A stretch of DNA of 64,000 bases from a virus: positions 32,001 through 96,000 of the IMG/VR virus record IMGVR_UViG_3300034107_000314. One strand, 5' to 3'. This document shows, in pieces, positions 1 to 10,400 of this stretch (within the stretch, counting starts at the first letter, position 1; every line of letters begins with the position of its first letter). Under the pieces are notes generated by a model, which made no database searches, was not told the origin of the DNA, and was given only the letters and a program-made list of their open reading frames with translations. Made by a program: the position numbers and the translations under genes.

Positions 1-1368
1 TATACTCAAGATCAGAATGGAAAATTTGAAACTACAACATTAGATAAAATTCCAAAATTAAATATTAATTTTAGTACCTTTACTGGACATGCAGGAGGTA
101 AAAGTCCATATATTTTAGATTCTGGGCCAACTCCATTGTCAGACGAAGAATCATATATAAAAGGATATTATTACTCTAAACTATCTATTCCAGTTGGCGA
201 TCTAGATGACGCTCAGATGGAGCAGTGTGGATGCGATCCTGACGATGCTAAAGTTGAATTTGGCGTTGAGATTTTTCCCATCCTTCATCAAGCAACATGC
301 AAATTAATTCTTAAAGCTGGATTTTTATGTTATAAAACTTTAACATGTCTAGTGCCAAATGTTGGAGTGGCTAATAAAAAAATTATACATCCTTTCAATT
401 CTTGCAAATTTAATGAAGATTTACAAATTGATTTACAGAAATTTACATATCCAGACTTAGAAATTAATAATGATAGTTTAGATTTCTACGAAAGCGAAAA
501 GGCTATTTTATCATACGTCTTTAGTTCTGGTAAATTACCTATTGTGACCGATCCATACACTCATGAAAGCGGAATAATAAAATCGTTAGACGGGGGAGTT
601 GCTATTGATTTAGCGGGTAAGACGGGTTTTGTGTCTGTATCTGCTAGATATCCTTGTAAATATAGTAGCGATATTCATGTATATACAATTGGTGAAGATT
701 ATACTATGGAGTCATTTTCTTATCCATTAAATGTAATTCATGATTGTCCAACTGATCACCTTGCAAAAGTTTCTCTTAGAGGGAATGGAACTGATTATCA
801 AGAAGATCCAGAAAAAGTCATGACTGGTGGAGATTACTATATTAATGATAAAGGTCAAAGAATTTTTTGGAACGTCTGTGATAAAGAAACAGAAACGGAA
901 ATTTATATCTCTAAATCTCTTGGAAATGCGCGTGGTTATGTATCTGCTCAGGATCAGTGTTGTGAATATTGTAAAGAAGTAAAAGAAGGTGCAATTCTTG
1001 CAGATTATTTTTCTAATCCAATATGTTTTGAATTAGATAAAGAAGGTACAAGCGAAAGTATTAATCAATATGAGCAAGCGGGTAGTTGTAAGTTAGACCA
1101 GAGAAAACCATGTGTTAGTGGATTGATACAAGGCAAAGCCACCCTTAGAGCTATTGCTAGACTGTATGGACCTCAAGCTGAATTTGAAGCAACTATTGAT
1201 GTGTTTGATACATATTTAGAATTTGATGGTGGATTATTGATGAATGACACTGGCTTTATTGATGTTGCCGGAGTTGGAGTTAGCGGAGTTCCATCCGTGT
1301 GGGTTATTGGAGATGTTACGTTAGACTCATTTGGCACTATGCCAAGTCCATATGGAGATATAATTTAA
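1..1368 (+). CDS. Cys-rich hypothetical protein, probably virion structural; 5' end lies upstream of the window
   Basis: Frame is open from base 1 (YTQDQNGK...), so the TTG at 136 is not the true start; 15 Cys in the last 410 aa; TAATG-coupled to the next gene. Confidence 0.6.
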   Translation, partial: YTQDQNGKFETTTLDKIPKLNINFSTFTGHAGGKSPYILDSGPTPLSDEESYIKGYYYSKLSIPVGDLDDAQMEQCGCDPDDAKVEFGVEIFPILHQATCKLILKAGFLCYKTLTCLVPNVGVANKKIIHPFNSCKFNEDLQIDLQKFTYPDLEINNDSLDFYESEKAILSYVFSSGKLPIVTDPYTHESGIIKSLDGGVAIDLAGKTGFVSVSARYPCKYSSDIHVYTIGEDYTMESFSYPLNVIHDCPTDHLAKVSLRGNGTDYQEDPEKVMTGGDYYINDKGQRIFWNVCDKETETEIYISKSLGNARGYVSAQDQCCEYCKEVKEGAILADYFSNPICFELDKEGTSESINQYEQAGSCKLDQRKPCVSGLIQGKATLRAIARLYGPQAEFEATIDVFDTYLEFDGGLLMNDTGFIDVAGVGVSGVPSVWVIGDVTLDSFGTMPSPYGDII

Positions 1369-2975
1369 TGGGATGCGACTATACTGATGTTGTTAAAGTT
1401 CTAGACTATACACCTGATGCATTTGAGTATGCCAATAGAAAATCTTACCATAAATGGCGATTGATTGGGATGCAAGTTGATCACACGTTTGTTGGTGGGA
1501 TAAGATTGTCAGATCCATATTCTAATCTTCAAGCTACGGGCGTTAATATCAATGGTATGAGCGAAGTAGATAAATCTGGAGTATTTATTACTTATAATCA
1601 AGGTTTAGAGGGGATAGTAACAGGATGTATTGTTTTAGAAGAGATAAATCAAAATAATCAATTAATTAATAGAGGTGCTAGTTATCTTAGAGCTAAGGTA
1701 GACGGGGATGGTAATAATTCTGCTACGTATGGAATTTTAGGCAATTGTAAAAATCCAGACAAAAAAAGATATGGGCAAAGCTCTTATGATACTAACGCAG
1801 TAACTAATTTTTCTGAAGCCGATCAAAGTTGGGCAAGGTTTGAAGGCTTGGAACAACTTCCCGCTATACCAACAAATGTGCAAGACGAATTGTTTAGCAA
1901 GCCAATGCTTAATGCATGGGCAGATCCACAAGATTATTATTTATGCTGTTGTCCAACAAACGAACAGTGGGAAATGCAAGTTCGTATTGAGATAGATGAT
2001 GGAGGGGTTAAAAAATATTTTGTCCAAAGTCCAGTCTATAAACAAGATAATTTCCCAAATAGTATAGATCTAGGAACATTTAATCAATACTATGGAGATG
2101 GGCGTGGAAATAGATATTATTATAGAACATGTGAAGCTATCAGCTATCCACCCGGAGGAATTGGAGAAGGCACAAAACGCCAAAGAGATTCTATAAGTAC
2201 TAAGTTATGTGTTGATTATTCAGATGCTATATATAATGTAGGTTATAGTGGTAAACCAGACGGATTGCTATTTGAAGGATCTATAAATTTACAACAAGTA
2301 ACACAAGGGGTATTTGTGAAACTTACTAGTTTACCATCTTGCAAGCATTTCAATCAAACTATTAACATAAGAATTCCTTCGGGTGCATTTCCAGATACTC
2401 CAGTCGGCAGGGAGAAACAGGATAGATGTTATGATCCAAATGAATATGGATATGATCCAGATCAACCTATGTGCTTTGAGCATATTAGAAAAGAAAGAGC
2501 TGTAATTAGAATTATGCCAGTTTGTATGGCAACTGCTTTCACTCAAGGCAGGGGAGGTGGACAAAAGGCTCAGATAATTAAACATTTTGATGTTCTTGAG
2601 AGGCATTATGATAGATGGGATAAAGCTGCTGGACCGGGCAATGGATTTAAAATTTTTGATGAAGTATTTGACTTCCCTGCTCAAAAAATGAGAGTAAGAG
2701 TTATATCTCATGGTAAAAAGTATCTTGAACAATATGCTAAAGATTTTCCATATAAGATAGTATCTGATGTAAACAATATTGGAACTATTATTCCAAATCC
2801 TGATTTTATGGTTCCGTATTTCTTAACAGGAGGTAATGTCACTGACAGGGCGGGTGGAGCAAAAGGTTGTTCATGTAGTCACTCCGCACAAAGTGTAGGT
2901 AGTTATCCTATACGTCCATATAACCAATTTAAATACTGTCCAAATGATTTTTCAGGTGAAAAGGATTGTAAATAA
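1368..2975 (+). CDS. Cys-rich hypothetical protein, probably virion structural
   Basis: ATG at 1368 overlaps the upstream TAA (MGCDYTDV...); 16 Cys including CCC. Confidence 0.6.
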   Translation: MGCDYTDVVKVLDYTPDAFEYANRKSYHKWRLIGMQVDHTFVGGIRLSDPYSNLQATGVNINGMSEVDKSGVFITYNQGLEGIVTGCIVLEEINQNNQLINRGASYLRAKVDGDGNNSATYGILGNCKNPDKKRYGQSSYDTNAVTNFSEADQSWARFEGLEQLPAIPTNVQDELFSKPMLNAWADPQDYYLCCCPTNEQWEMQVRIEIDDGGVKKYFVQSPVYKQDNFPNSIDLGTFNQYYGDGRGNRYYYRTCEAISYPPGGIGEGTKRQRDSISTKLCVDYSDAIYNVGYSGKPDGLLFEGSINLQQVTQGVFVKLTSLPSCKHFNQTINIRIPSGAFPDTPVGREKQDRCYDPNEYGYDPDQPMCFEHIRKERAVIRIMPVCMATAFTQGRGGGQKAQIIKHFDVLERHYDRWDKAAGPGNGFKIFDEVFDFPAQKMRVRVISHGKKYLEQYAKDFPYKIVSDVNNIGTIIPNPDFMVPYFLTGGNVTDRAGGAKGCSCSHSAQSVGSYPIRPYNQFKYCPNDFSGEKDCK

Positions 2976-4216
2976 TGGAAAGCCTCAGAAGTAAAGATGG
3001 ATTTGATTTTGAAGAAGATGATTCTAAATATCCATATAAAATAGATACGTTTGATATAGGCAATAAAAGAACAACTGCTTTTAATTATTCTCCTAGATAT
3101 TTTAGAAAAAAGGTTGGAGGCTCAAATGGACTGTACCAAGTTATTGGTGGAAATATACCAAGTGACATGGCAACAGAGTATACATTTAATTTTGGTAATA
3201 ATACTAGCTCGCCGCCTCCACCATTAGTATGTAATCTTAATAAAGGCACAGCGGAAAATTTTAGATCTTTTAAAAGTATTAATTTGACTCCAAGTTATAT
3301 TTCTCATTATCGAGTTTCTGAATATCCATCGGAAAAACCCGGAACAAAAAGATCTGAAGCAAATTATATTAATCCTGAAATGGGCAATCTAAATAAACCA
3401 AATTTTATGTATCTTCCGGTTTTTCAAAATTCATGCAGTACGCATCCAAGGGCTAGCGGGTATGCCCATGATGATATTAATGGCATATGTTTAAAATATT
3501 ATGAATATGATCTTCCTCCTGAAGCCGAGGGAAAGTGTTGTCAAGATGGAGTTGACTGTATTAGAAGTGTAAAATTATTTAGCACTACTGGTAGTGAAAT
3601 TCCTGCGAAAGACGAATACGCAACTTTTGATTGCTTGACAGATAATAGGAATGCAAATAATATATTTGATGGTCATGATTGCGGATTTAAAATAAGTTGT
3701 ACCGCTGGATATAGAAGGCAAGGCGGAGTGAGCAACCCGTGTAACTCTTATAATCCATCACCCCCTCCAAAAATTGGATCTTGTCCTAGTATGGGTGGTA
3801 CTACTGAACTAGTTAGTGTTTTTGTAAGTACTATATTTCATTTTGCAGGAAATTCAGACTGTGGGAATAAAAGAAGTACTATTACAGTCAGTAGCATAGA
3901 AGAATGCTCATATTGCGCCTATACTGAATGTAAAAATGGATATTCGCAGCCAATCGAAGGACCAATTAAACCGCCCGGATGGAGTCCCAGCTCTGCTTCA
4001 TATACTAAACATTGTAAAACTATTTCATCTGACAAAGCTAATTATTGTGGATGTCTCTATAATGAAGTGGGTGGTGATGTTTTAATAAGTACTATGAATT
4101 CACCAACAACTAGATTTCCAAACTGGTCTAGGCTATTTATTGACGATAATGGTACTATCACAAGTGCGCCATGTGGTGCTGGTGAACAATATATGACTTG
4201 TAACGATGTTAGCTAA
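2975..4216 (+). CDS. Cys/Ser/Pro-rich hypothetical protein, probably virion structural
   Basis: 413 aa with 20 Cys; TAATG coupling. Confidence 0.6.
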   Translation: MESLRSKDGFDFEEDDSKYPYKIDTFDIGNKRTTAFNYSPRYFRKKVGGSNGLYQVIGGNIPSDMATEYTFNFGNNTSSPPPPLVCNLNKGTAENFRSFKSINLTPSYISHYRVSEYPSEKPGTKRSEANYINPEMGNLNKPNFMYLPVFQNSCSTHPRASGYAHDDINGICLKYYEYDLPPEAEGKCCQDGVDCIRSVKLFSTTGSEIPAKDEYATFDCLTDNRNANNIFDGHDCGFKISCTAGYRRQGGVSNPCNSYNPSPPPKIGSCPSMGGTTELVSVFVSTIFHFAGNSDCGNKRSTITVSSIEECSYCAYTECKNGYSQPIEGPIKPPGWSPSSASYTKHCKTISSDKANYCGCLYNEVGGDVLISTMNSPTTRFPNWSRLFIDDNGTITSAPCGAGEQYMTCNDVS

Positions 4217-4226
4217 GGAGAAGGAA

Positions 4227-4571
4227 ATGAAAATTATTTTGGACAAAGAGATCGTTAAGAATATTTTAATTCAGGAAGAGTTTTATAGCAAAGTGCCTGA
4301 ATATTATTTCTTGAAGGAAGCCGGGTATAAGATTTTAGAAGAGATGTCAAGAGAGGGTGGCTGTTCAGCGTGTTCAGAAAGAAATTTGATCGAACCCACT
4401 ATCTCTGCGTTTATATCTCATACTGTCAATCTATTGTTTGACTGTGGCCCCGAAGCTCTAGTTAATTTTAAAAACTTTGTTAAGTTATTAATTGATAAAG
4501 GCGACGATTTACAGATAGGCGTTTTTTACAAAGATAACGACGATGCCGAAGTACAGGAACTAATTATATGA
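4227..4571 (+). CDS. hypothetical protein with CxxC (GGCSAC)
   Basis: SD-like GGAG/AAGGA before ATG 4227. Confidence 0.65.
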   Translation: MKIILDKEIVKNILIQEEFYSKVPEYYFLKEAGYKILEEMSREGGCSACSERNLIEPTISAFISHTVNLLFDCGPEALVNFKNFVKLLIDKGDDLQIGVFYKDNDDAEVQELII

Positions 4572-4792
4572 GCGATATTTTTACACTTGCTAATAATTTT
4601 GGTAGATCAGCTTACGAGCATATGAAAGACGGTTTTAAAAAAGTTACAGATGAGGATTTTCAAAAAAGATTAGACATCTGCAAAACATGTGAATATCACA
4701 ATGCAAATACTAATCAATGCAATAAATGTGGATGCTTTTTAAAAATTAAAGCCTCTTGGAACTCTGAAAAATGCCCAATAGATAAGTGGTAA
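4568..4792 (+). CDS. small Cys-rich protein (DUF6171-like)
   Basis: RLDICxxC...CxxCGC..K......CP..KW pattern. Confidence 0.65.
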   Translation: MSDIFTLANNFGRSAYEHMKDGFKKVTDEDFQKRLDICKTCEYHNANTNQCNKCGCFLKIKASWNSEKCPIDKW

Positions 4793-4803
4793 TGTGTATA
4801 ATA
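4793..4803 (+). promoter_or_regulatory. putative phage late promoter TGTGTATANTA
   Basis: TGTGTATAATATAATG, an identical 16-mer also at 31462-31477 (-); upstream of SD AGGAGG and ORF 4842. Confidence 0.65.
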
Positions 4804-4841
4804 TAATGATATATCACTTTTTTCCTATGTAGGAGGTTTTA

Positions 4842-5798
4842 ATGGCGTCAATTACTTTTTCGGTTATAGATAATGCTAATGTTGGTAGCGGTATTACTGG
4901 CTCTGGACTTGGATTTTATGGGAGTTCTTTTGGAGCTAGCGTATCGACATTATCATATCAAGATACAACTTATGTTACAAATGCAGATGGAACTGACAAT
5001 GGTGGTTCTGTTAAGAATATTAAATTTTTAGGTAATGCATCTGGATGCTATTTAAGTCCAGCAGCAGCTACAGGTATATTAACTGATATCAATGGTTCTG
5101 AAGCAACCTTAATGATTAATTTCAATCATACAATACCTGTTAAAGTACAGAACTGTCAGCTTAGAATTTATAATAGAGCTAATATTGACACTCCAGCAGT
5201 TGGTGTAATTACTAAAGTTGCTGAGATAGTTAATTTTAATAATATAGCCTATGATACTTGGGTTTCAAGTCCGGGTAATGATACGGGTAATCGCAGGGAT
5301 GCTTTTGGTGATGCTTATTGGTGGGGCGTTGGCTGGCCCAGTGGTGCAGTTTATACTGCTCCAACATATGACACATCTGTAAAACCATATTATATTAATT
5401 CTGTTGGTGTTAAATTTAATAACTTTACAGATTATCAATATATCAAAGGTTCAGGAAATCCTGATGCTGCACTTTCAGCTACTCCACCAGCTTATGAAAC
5501 AGTTGGCGGTAGTGGATTGATTGTTCCATTACTAGATTCGCCCGGTAGTGGTGGTAGATTTCTGCATACAGGAGTAACGCCAGCATTCAAGCCTAAGTTT
5601 ACTCAGTATGTCAATACAACATATCAAGCATTACTTGGTAGAACTGTCCCCTATGCATCCAGCACTTATTTAGCAGATACATATGGTGGCACAGGATATG
5701 ATCTTATGCACACTTGGAGGGTTGCAATTTCCGCTAGTCCTCTGAGCATTGGAAGTAAAACTAATTTTGGATTATATGTTTCATTAGAATATTTATAA
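4842..5798 (+). CDS. putative virion structural protein
   Basis: G/S/T/N-rich 318 aa, strong SD, putative late promoter. Confidence 0.6.
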   Translation: MASITFSVIDNANVGSGITGSGLGFYGSSFGASVSTLSYQDTTYVTNADGTDNGGSVKNIKFLGNASGCYLSPAAATGILTDINGSEATLMINFNHTIPVKVQNCQLRIYNRANIDTPAVGVITKVAEIVNFNNIAYDTWVSSPGNDTGNRRDAFGDAYWWGVGWPSGAVYTAPTYDTSVKPYYINSVGVKFNNFTDYQYIKGSGNPDAALSATPPAYETVGGSGLIVPLLDSPGSGGRFLHTGVTPAFKPKFTQYVNTTYQALLGRTVPYASSTYLADTYGGTGYDLMHTWRVAISASPLSIGSKTNFGLYVSLEYL

Positions 5799-5804
5799 TA
5801 TCGA

Positions 5805-5888
5805 GAGAATAGATGGCGACCTTTTTGCTGTTTCGAGTCGCGGCTCATTCTTAAACTATAGTTGAAAACGAACAGCGGTAAACTATAG
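5805..5888 (+). ncRNA. candidate structured RNA: two hairpins with complementary loops
   Basis: Stems GAGAAT/ATTCTT plus GCGAC/GTCGC, and CTATAGTT/AACTATAG; loops contain GCTGTT and AACAGC. Confidence 0.5.
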
Positions 5889-5892
5889 CGAT

Positions 5893-5925
5893 AAAAAAAG
5901 CCCCGGATAATACCGGGGCTTTTTT
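5893..5925. terminator. bidirectional rho-independent terminator
   Basis: AAAAAAAGCCCCGG-ataata-CCGGGGCTTTTTT between convergent gene blocks. Confidence 0.9.
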
Positions 5926-5996
5926 ATTGCTTTATCCTTAAGTTATCTTCGATTGGAAGCAATAATCCATCTTTATTAGATAACTATATTGATAAA

Positions 5997-6341
5997 TTAG
6001 ACTTCTTTTTTCTTATCTGCATCCCACTTCATCCAGCCAGCGTCAGGAAGCCACTTGTCGTCCTTGTCCTTGCGTTTAGGGAAGAGTCCCCCGCCTTTCT
6101 TATGTACTCCAAAAGCGAGCTTTGCACGGCAATTCTTGTTCGTACAACGAAGTTCATAATATTCATTCTCTTCTGTGTCTTTGCGTACAACGTGAGTTAA
6201 GTCTTCGCATCCACACTTACCACAACAAGAGATACAAAACACCTCTTCAAGATTGGATAAATCTTTAAAGGCGTCTGTCATCTTATCCGCTTCAACTCCA
6301 ATTGTAACACTACCAACTGTTTTTGTAATTGTAAAACTCAT
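5997..6341 (-). CDS. zinc-ribbon hypothetical protein
   Basis: CGKC...CTNKNC motifs. Confidence 0.7.
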   Translation of the reverse strand: MSFTITKTVGSVTIGVEADKMTDAFKDLSNLEEVFCISCCGKCGCEDLTHVVRKDTEENEYYELRCTNKNCRAKLAFGVHKKGGGLFPKRKDKDDKWLPDAGWMKWDADKKKEV

Positions 6342-6342
6342 A

Positions 6343-7137
6343 TTATGCTCCGATTAAAATATTTGCTGGAATTGGTTTGCTATTGTTTTGATAATCATTC
6401 AGCAACTTGATCATATTGATAGCTACTTTCTTTCTGACATCTTCAAGTTTATCATAAGTTTTTTCACCTATGTTAATGAACTTGAGTACGTCGATATTCA
6501 TTTCTCTACATTTATTAGTAAGCAATTTAATTTGCGCTCCACTAATAGGATCTTCTTCCTGATAAGCTCCATCTGTTGGGCCTGATTTAATCATATCTCT
6601 AACAGCTTTGCCAACATCCTTATTGCGAGTCAACTCTTCTGCTGCAACACATCGCACCTTGAGCAGCTTACGCAAACATCGACCTTCTGCACGGGTTGCT
6701 GCTGTAGCACCGGGATATGCCATAAATAAGTCATCAGTATTGATACTGAATACTTCTGCAATATCCCCGTATCGAATTGTTTCACCTGTTGAATGTGAAC
6801 GTACTACGATCTCATATACTACAGTTACACGACCGGGATTATTCGACGTTGAGTCTGAAGATATAACCATATTCACTGGTCTACTATCTACGATCTTACC
6901 AATCAATAGTTCCACGACTCTACGCAAACCGTAACAATTTGGATATTTATCTCCATTAATCTCAATTAATTCGTTGTTAGTAAACTTCGTCATCACATAA
7001 TCATGCCATTCAGGAGACAATGGATCTGGTCCTTCTTCGGCATTTTCAATTATGTTCGTAGTTTTAGAGGTATCGAAGACAGTATCTTCAACATGAGGTT
7101 GATAATTTTCATCGAAAATAGATTCTACATTACTCAT
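6343..7137 (-). CDS. putative ssDNA-annealing (Rad52/Sak/ERF-like) protein
   Basis: ATAATRAEGRCLRKLL motif and a C-terminal PISGAQIKLL helical domain typical of phage annealing proteins. Confidence 0.5.
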   Translation of the reverse strand: MSNVESIFDENYQPHVEDTVFDTSKTTNIIENAEEGPDPLSPEWHDYVMTKFTNNELIEINGDKYPNCYGLRRVVELLIGKIVDSRPVNMVISSDSTSNNPGRVTVVYEIVVRSHSTGETIRYGDIAEVFSINTDDLFMAYPGATAATRAEGRCLRKLLKVRCVAAEELTRNKDVGKAVRDMIKSGPTDGAYQEEDPISGAQIKLLTNKCREMNIDVLKFINIGEKTYDKLEDVRKKVAINMIKLLNDYQNNSKPIPANILIGA

Positions 7138-7906
7138 TGTTTATTTCCAATTCTATTAACCGATCCTTTTGATCGGGAAATTTGTTGCTAATTTTAGTCA
7201 ATTCTGATTTGATAAGCTCTACTAGTTGATTATTAGATCGTAAGGATACATGTCTTAATAGATATTTAACTCTAATAACACAAAATCCTTTCGATAATAA
7301 AGCTCCGTTTTTGATCGCATCGTACTTTATATTCCTACTTAGCGAGGTTTCTCCATAAACTGGAAGAAAGTGTTGAGGACCATCTATCTCAATAGCAGTC
7401 CTGAGAGATGGTATGTATAAGTCCACCTCAAACCTCTGTCCGGGGATCAATCCGACCTTATGTATTATAACATCGTACCCAGCTTTTGTCAACTCTTCGT
7501 ACAAGAATCTTTCGGCTTTTGACCCCTCTGTACTTGCTTTTCTTAATGCCTGACCCGCTCTCTTCTGCATCTCCAGTCTCTGCTCAGGAGATTTTAATTC
7601 CCAGTTCTCTTTAGCATTTTGCTTGAAGATTTCCCTATCAGATTCGCTAACTTCACTCCATTTCTTAGATCGTTTGATGCTAATGTTATGCTTTTCTTCT
7701 TTTGTTCTTTTCTTACCTAGCATTGGAGGACTTATCTTTCCTTGATCAAAAGCGATTCTTCCAGCTTCCTTTTTTGATCTAAGGGTGTAGCCAGATTGTT
7801 TAATCATTCTGGCAATTTTATTTGGATAAGTATTTAAAGATTCTGCTATCTCTCTAATACTCATTCCACTTTCATAATCATCTATAATTTTATTTAAATC
7901 AAACAT
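7130..7906 (-). CDS. HTH plus Vsr/DUF559-like endonuclease (free-standing homing-type)
   Basis: N-terminal MSIREIAESL HTH; SKAE...EVDLYI...AIEIDGPQH. Confidence 0.75.
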   Translation of the reverse strand: MFDLNKIIDDYESGMSIREIAESLNTYPNKIARMIKQSGYTLRSKKEAGRIAFDQGKISPPMLGKKRTKEEKHNISIKRSKKWSEVSESDREIFKQNAKENWELKSPEQRLEMQKRAGQALRKASTEGSKAERFLYEELTKAGYDVIIHKVGLIPGQRFEVDLYIPSLRTAIEIDGPQHFLPVYGETSLSRNIKYDAIKNGALLSKGFCVIRVKYLLRHVSLRSNNQLVELIKSELTKISNKFPDQKDRLIELEINNE

Positions 7907-8340
7907 TTATATAATTCATCCATATTTTCTGCAATATAAATATCACTTCTATTAGTAAAATTCTGAACAATTTTTTTGTGCGATTCGCTTCTTACTACGA
8001 TTTTAAACTTATCAAGAATACTTCTACACGCTTCATAGCTCATGACTTGATTTAACCAAGGAATATCCCACAAGAATAACCAATTATCTGTATGTGAATT
8101 ATTTGACAATACTATTTGAGCAGTGTCAAAACTAAAGCACACTGCTTTTCCTGTAAAATTTGATAATCCTATGATATTCATCATAAAGCAATTTGGTGGA
8201 GTCATTGGGGGTATTAAATTTTGATAGAATATATACGGAGATACTTTATTTGTCTCAGCGCCAATTTTTGTGATCAATTGCAATAGTTCAAAATTTTGTT
8301 CGCAGCCACCCAAATTATTAACTACAAATCCTAAATTCAT
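7894..8340 (-). CDS. hypothetical protein, possibly glycosyltransferase-related
   Basis: Coupled ORF in sugar cluster 1. Confidence 0.5.
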   Translation of the reverse strand: MNLGFVVNNLGGCEQNFELLQLITKIGAETNKVSPYIFYQNLIPPMTPPNCFMMNIIGLSNFTGKAVCFSFDTAQIVLSNNSHTDNWLFLWDIPWLNQVMSYEACRSILDKFKIVVRSESHKKIVQNFTNRSDIYIAENMDELYKCLI

Positions 8341-9086
8341 AGTATCTCCTTTAATTTATCTAATGTTATTTTTGATTCCTTTTCAAACCCCAAATTTTGC
8401 AAAATACTTGCTACTGCATGAAAACTTGTTGACTTGGATAAAACTTCCTCTATCTTATCTTTCATATCTATCTTCTTATTTAATTCTTCAAGTATATTCG
8501 CGTTAAGATCTATTGGGCGACATCCACATAGAATAGAATTATATACATTATCACCACTTGCAAAACTTAACTTTGAAGAAGCGTAAATGTTCTTTCTGGT
8601 TGGTTCTGGAGCATATCCACAATATCTATTATGTTTGACAATTTGACTAGAATAGAATCTAGATATTACAGATTCTGGAACATTAACATTTTCAAGATTT
8701 TCCAGTGGAGTGTCTTCAATTGATACTAGATCAGCTTTATACTTATCTTGCTTTTCTCCCTTTAGATAAACAAATAAATCTGCATGTCCAGTATCCAATA
8801 TCCAATGGTATAAATCGCCAAAAGCGTCTTTAAACATTTTAAAGTTTGGATGTTCAGGAAAATTATCTTTTTGCAGGACACAAACTCTCATATCTGGACG
8901 TTCTTCAATATTCTTAATCACCGCTTTGGTTAAGAAATTTGCATCTGCTATATATAAATCTGGCTTTACAGTATAAAAAGTATCAAAGGTCGATACTGAA
9001 CCGGGATCATGTTTTGCAGCTTTAAATCCTGAATATAATAGGCATCTACCATATGATATCAAACTATTATCGACTAGTGTTTTCAT
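8337..9086 (-). CDS. hypothetical protein, possibly GT-B-like
   Basis: Coupled ORF in sugar cluster 1. Confidence 0.5.
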   Translation of the reverse strand: MKTLVDNSLISYGRCLLYSGFKAAKHDPGSVSTFDTFYTVKPDLYIADANFLTKAVIKNIEERPDMRVCVLQKDNFPEHPNFKMFKDAFGDLYHWILDTGHADLFVYLKGEKQDKYKADLVSIEDTPLENLENVNVPESVISRFYSSQIVKHNRYCGYAPEPTRKNIYASSKLSFASGDNVYNSILCGCRPIDLNANILEELNKKIDMKDKIEEVLSKSTSFHAVASILQNLGFEKESKITLDKLKEIL

Positions 9087-9780
9087 TATTAATATCCTTT
9101 AAGCTATCTATTTCTTTTATAAAACTATTACCAATATCAATGCATTTAAAGTTTCCATTATTTTCTATAATTTTATTAATTACTTCAAATGTCAACATAA
9201 ATTTGGGATTAAAATCATTTCTTAATATTAATTTTCTTAATATATTAACTTCTTGCTCTGCGAGAAATGCTATTTGACACCACTTTACAGGTAAACTATA
9301 AGATAGCACTGTTGCATTTCCATTTACTATCGTAACTCCAACTTCTTTATCATCAAACTGCTTCCCCTTATCAACCAATAAGAACGATTGATTGAGATTT
9401 ACATTTTTAAACAAATCTTCACTAATTACTAAGTCCCCATGTAAAAATAGTATATTGTCAAGCATTGAGTTGTTGACTGCTATTTTTAAACTTTCCCCAC
9501 TATTTGTATTTTCATAGGCTGGATTTTCAATAATGCGTGCTTGTTTATTGATTTTACGTATAATTTTATTTATATCAAATCCACAAACTATACTAATTTC
9601 ACACTTATTAAAAATCGCATTGATTATATCTATTTGATTGTCTAATATTGTTTTACCATTATATTTTAACAAGCATCTTGGCTCATAGGATCTTGTTCTA
9701 GAACCTAATCCAGCTGCCAATACAATCACTTGAATAGGAGGAAAGTTCTTATTTTTAATATTTCTTGTAAATCTACTCAT
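9067..9780 (-). CDS. NTP transferase (LicC/MobA-like nucleotidyltransferase)
   Basis: VIVLAAGLGSR..PRCLL...GKTILD; FLHGD. Confidence 0.85.
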   Translation of the reverse strand: MSRFTRNIKNKNFPPIQVIVLAAGLGSRTRSYEPRCLLKYNGKTILDNQIDIINAIFNKCEISIVCGFDINKIIRKINKQARIIENPAYENTNSGESLKIAVNNSMLDNILFLHGDLVISEDLFKNVNLNQSFLLVDKGKQFDDKEVGVTIVNGNATVLSYSLPVKWCQIAFLAEQEVNILRKLILRNDFNPKFMLTFEVINKIIENNGNFKCIDIGNSFIKEIDSLKDINNENTSR

Positions 9781-10400
9781 GTTACAAAAAGCGCTTCTGG
9801 GATATACCTAACTAAAGCCTTGTTAAATGCATTACGAATAAGATCCATAGGTTCAACAATAAATGATTCCTTGTTTATAACTTCTTTACTAAAAGATATT
9901 TCTTTAATAGGAATAAAGTAATTAACTAGTTGATGTATAGTTGATAAATACTGATATTGTCCATTCGTAATATAATCAGAGTAGACAATTCCAGTCAACT
10001 TGTCTTCGAATTTTTTAAGCGTTTTCTCTACAAAATTTGACATATAAGTAGAACCAGAAGATAGTGTCATGTATATATCTGTTTGTGAGTACATTTTTTG
10101 TATTGCAAATACTTGTAAAGCTTTCACATCAAGAGTATCGACTGTTTTAATGTAAATATAGTTCACATTATTATGGCTTATCTTTTTGATACTATAGTCT
10201 TTAAACTGTTCATAAATAACTTGAGATTGACTGCAACAGCTATTAAAAAATACATTAATTATATCAGCAGAGCTTTCAGATATAGCACCGTTAGATATCA
10301 TACATATATTTGTTGGCTTTACAGTATTGTCAACTACACTCAACACAGACTTTAAAAAATCTTTACTGTCTTCAATTGGCAATATTACGGTTGATTTCAT
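9777..10400 (-). CDS. degenerate GT-A/GT2-like protein
   Basis: STVILP...LKSVLS; GIVYSDY; YIPEALF; no clear DxD. Confidence 0.5.
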   Translation of the reverse strand: MKSTVILPIEDSKDFLKSVLSVVDNTVKPTNICMISNGAISESSADIINVFFNSCCSQSQVIYEQFKDYSIKKISHNNVNYIYIKTVDTLDVKALQVFAIQKMYSQTDIYMTLSSGSTYMSNFVEKTLKKFEDKLTGIVYSDYITNGQYQYLSTIHQLVNYFIPIKEISFSKEVINKESFIVEPMDLIRNAFNKALVRYIPEALFVT

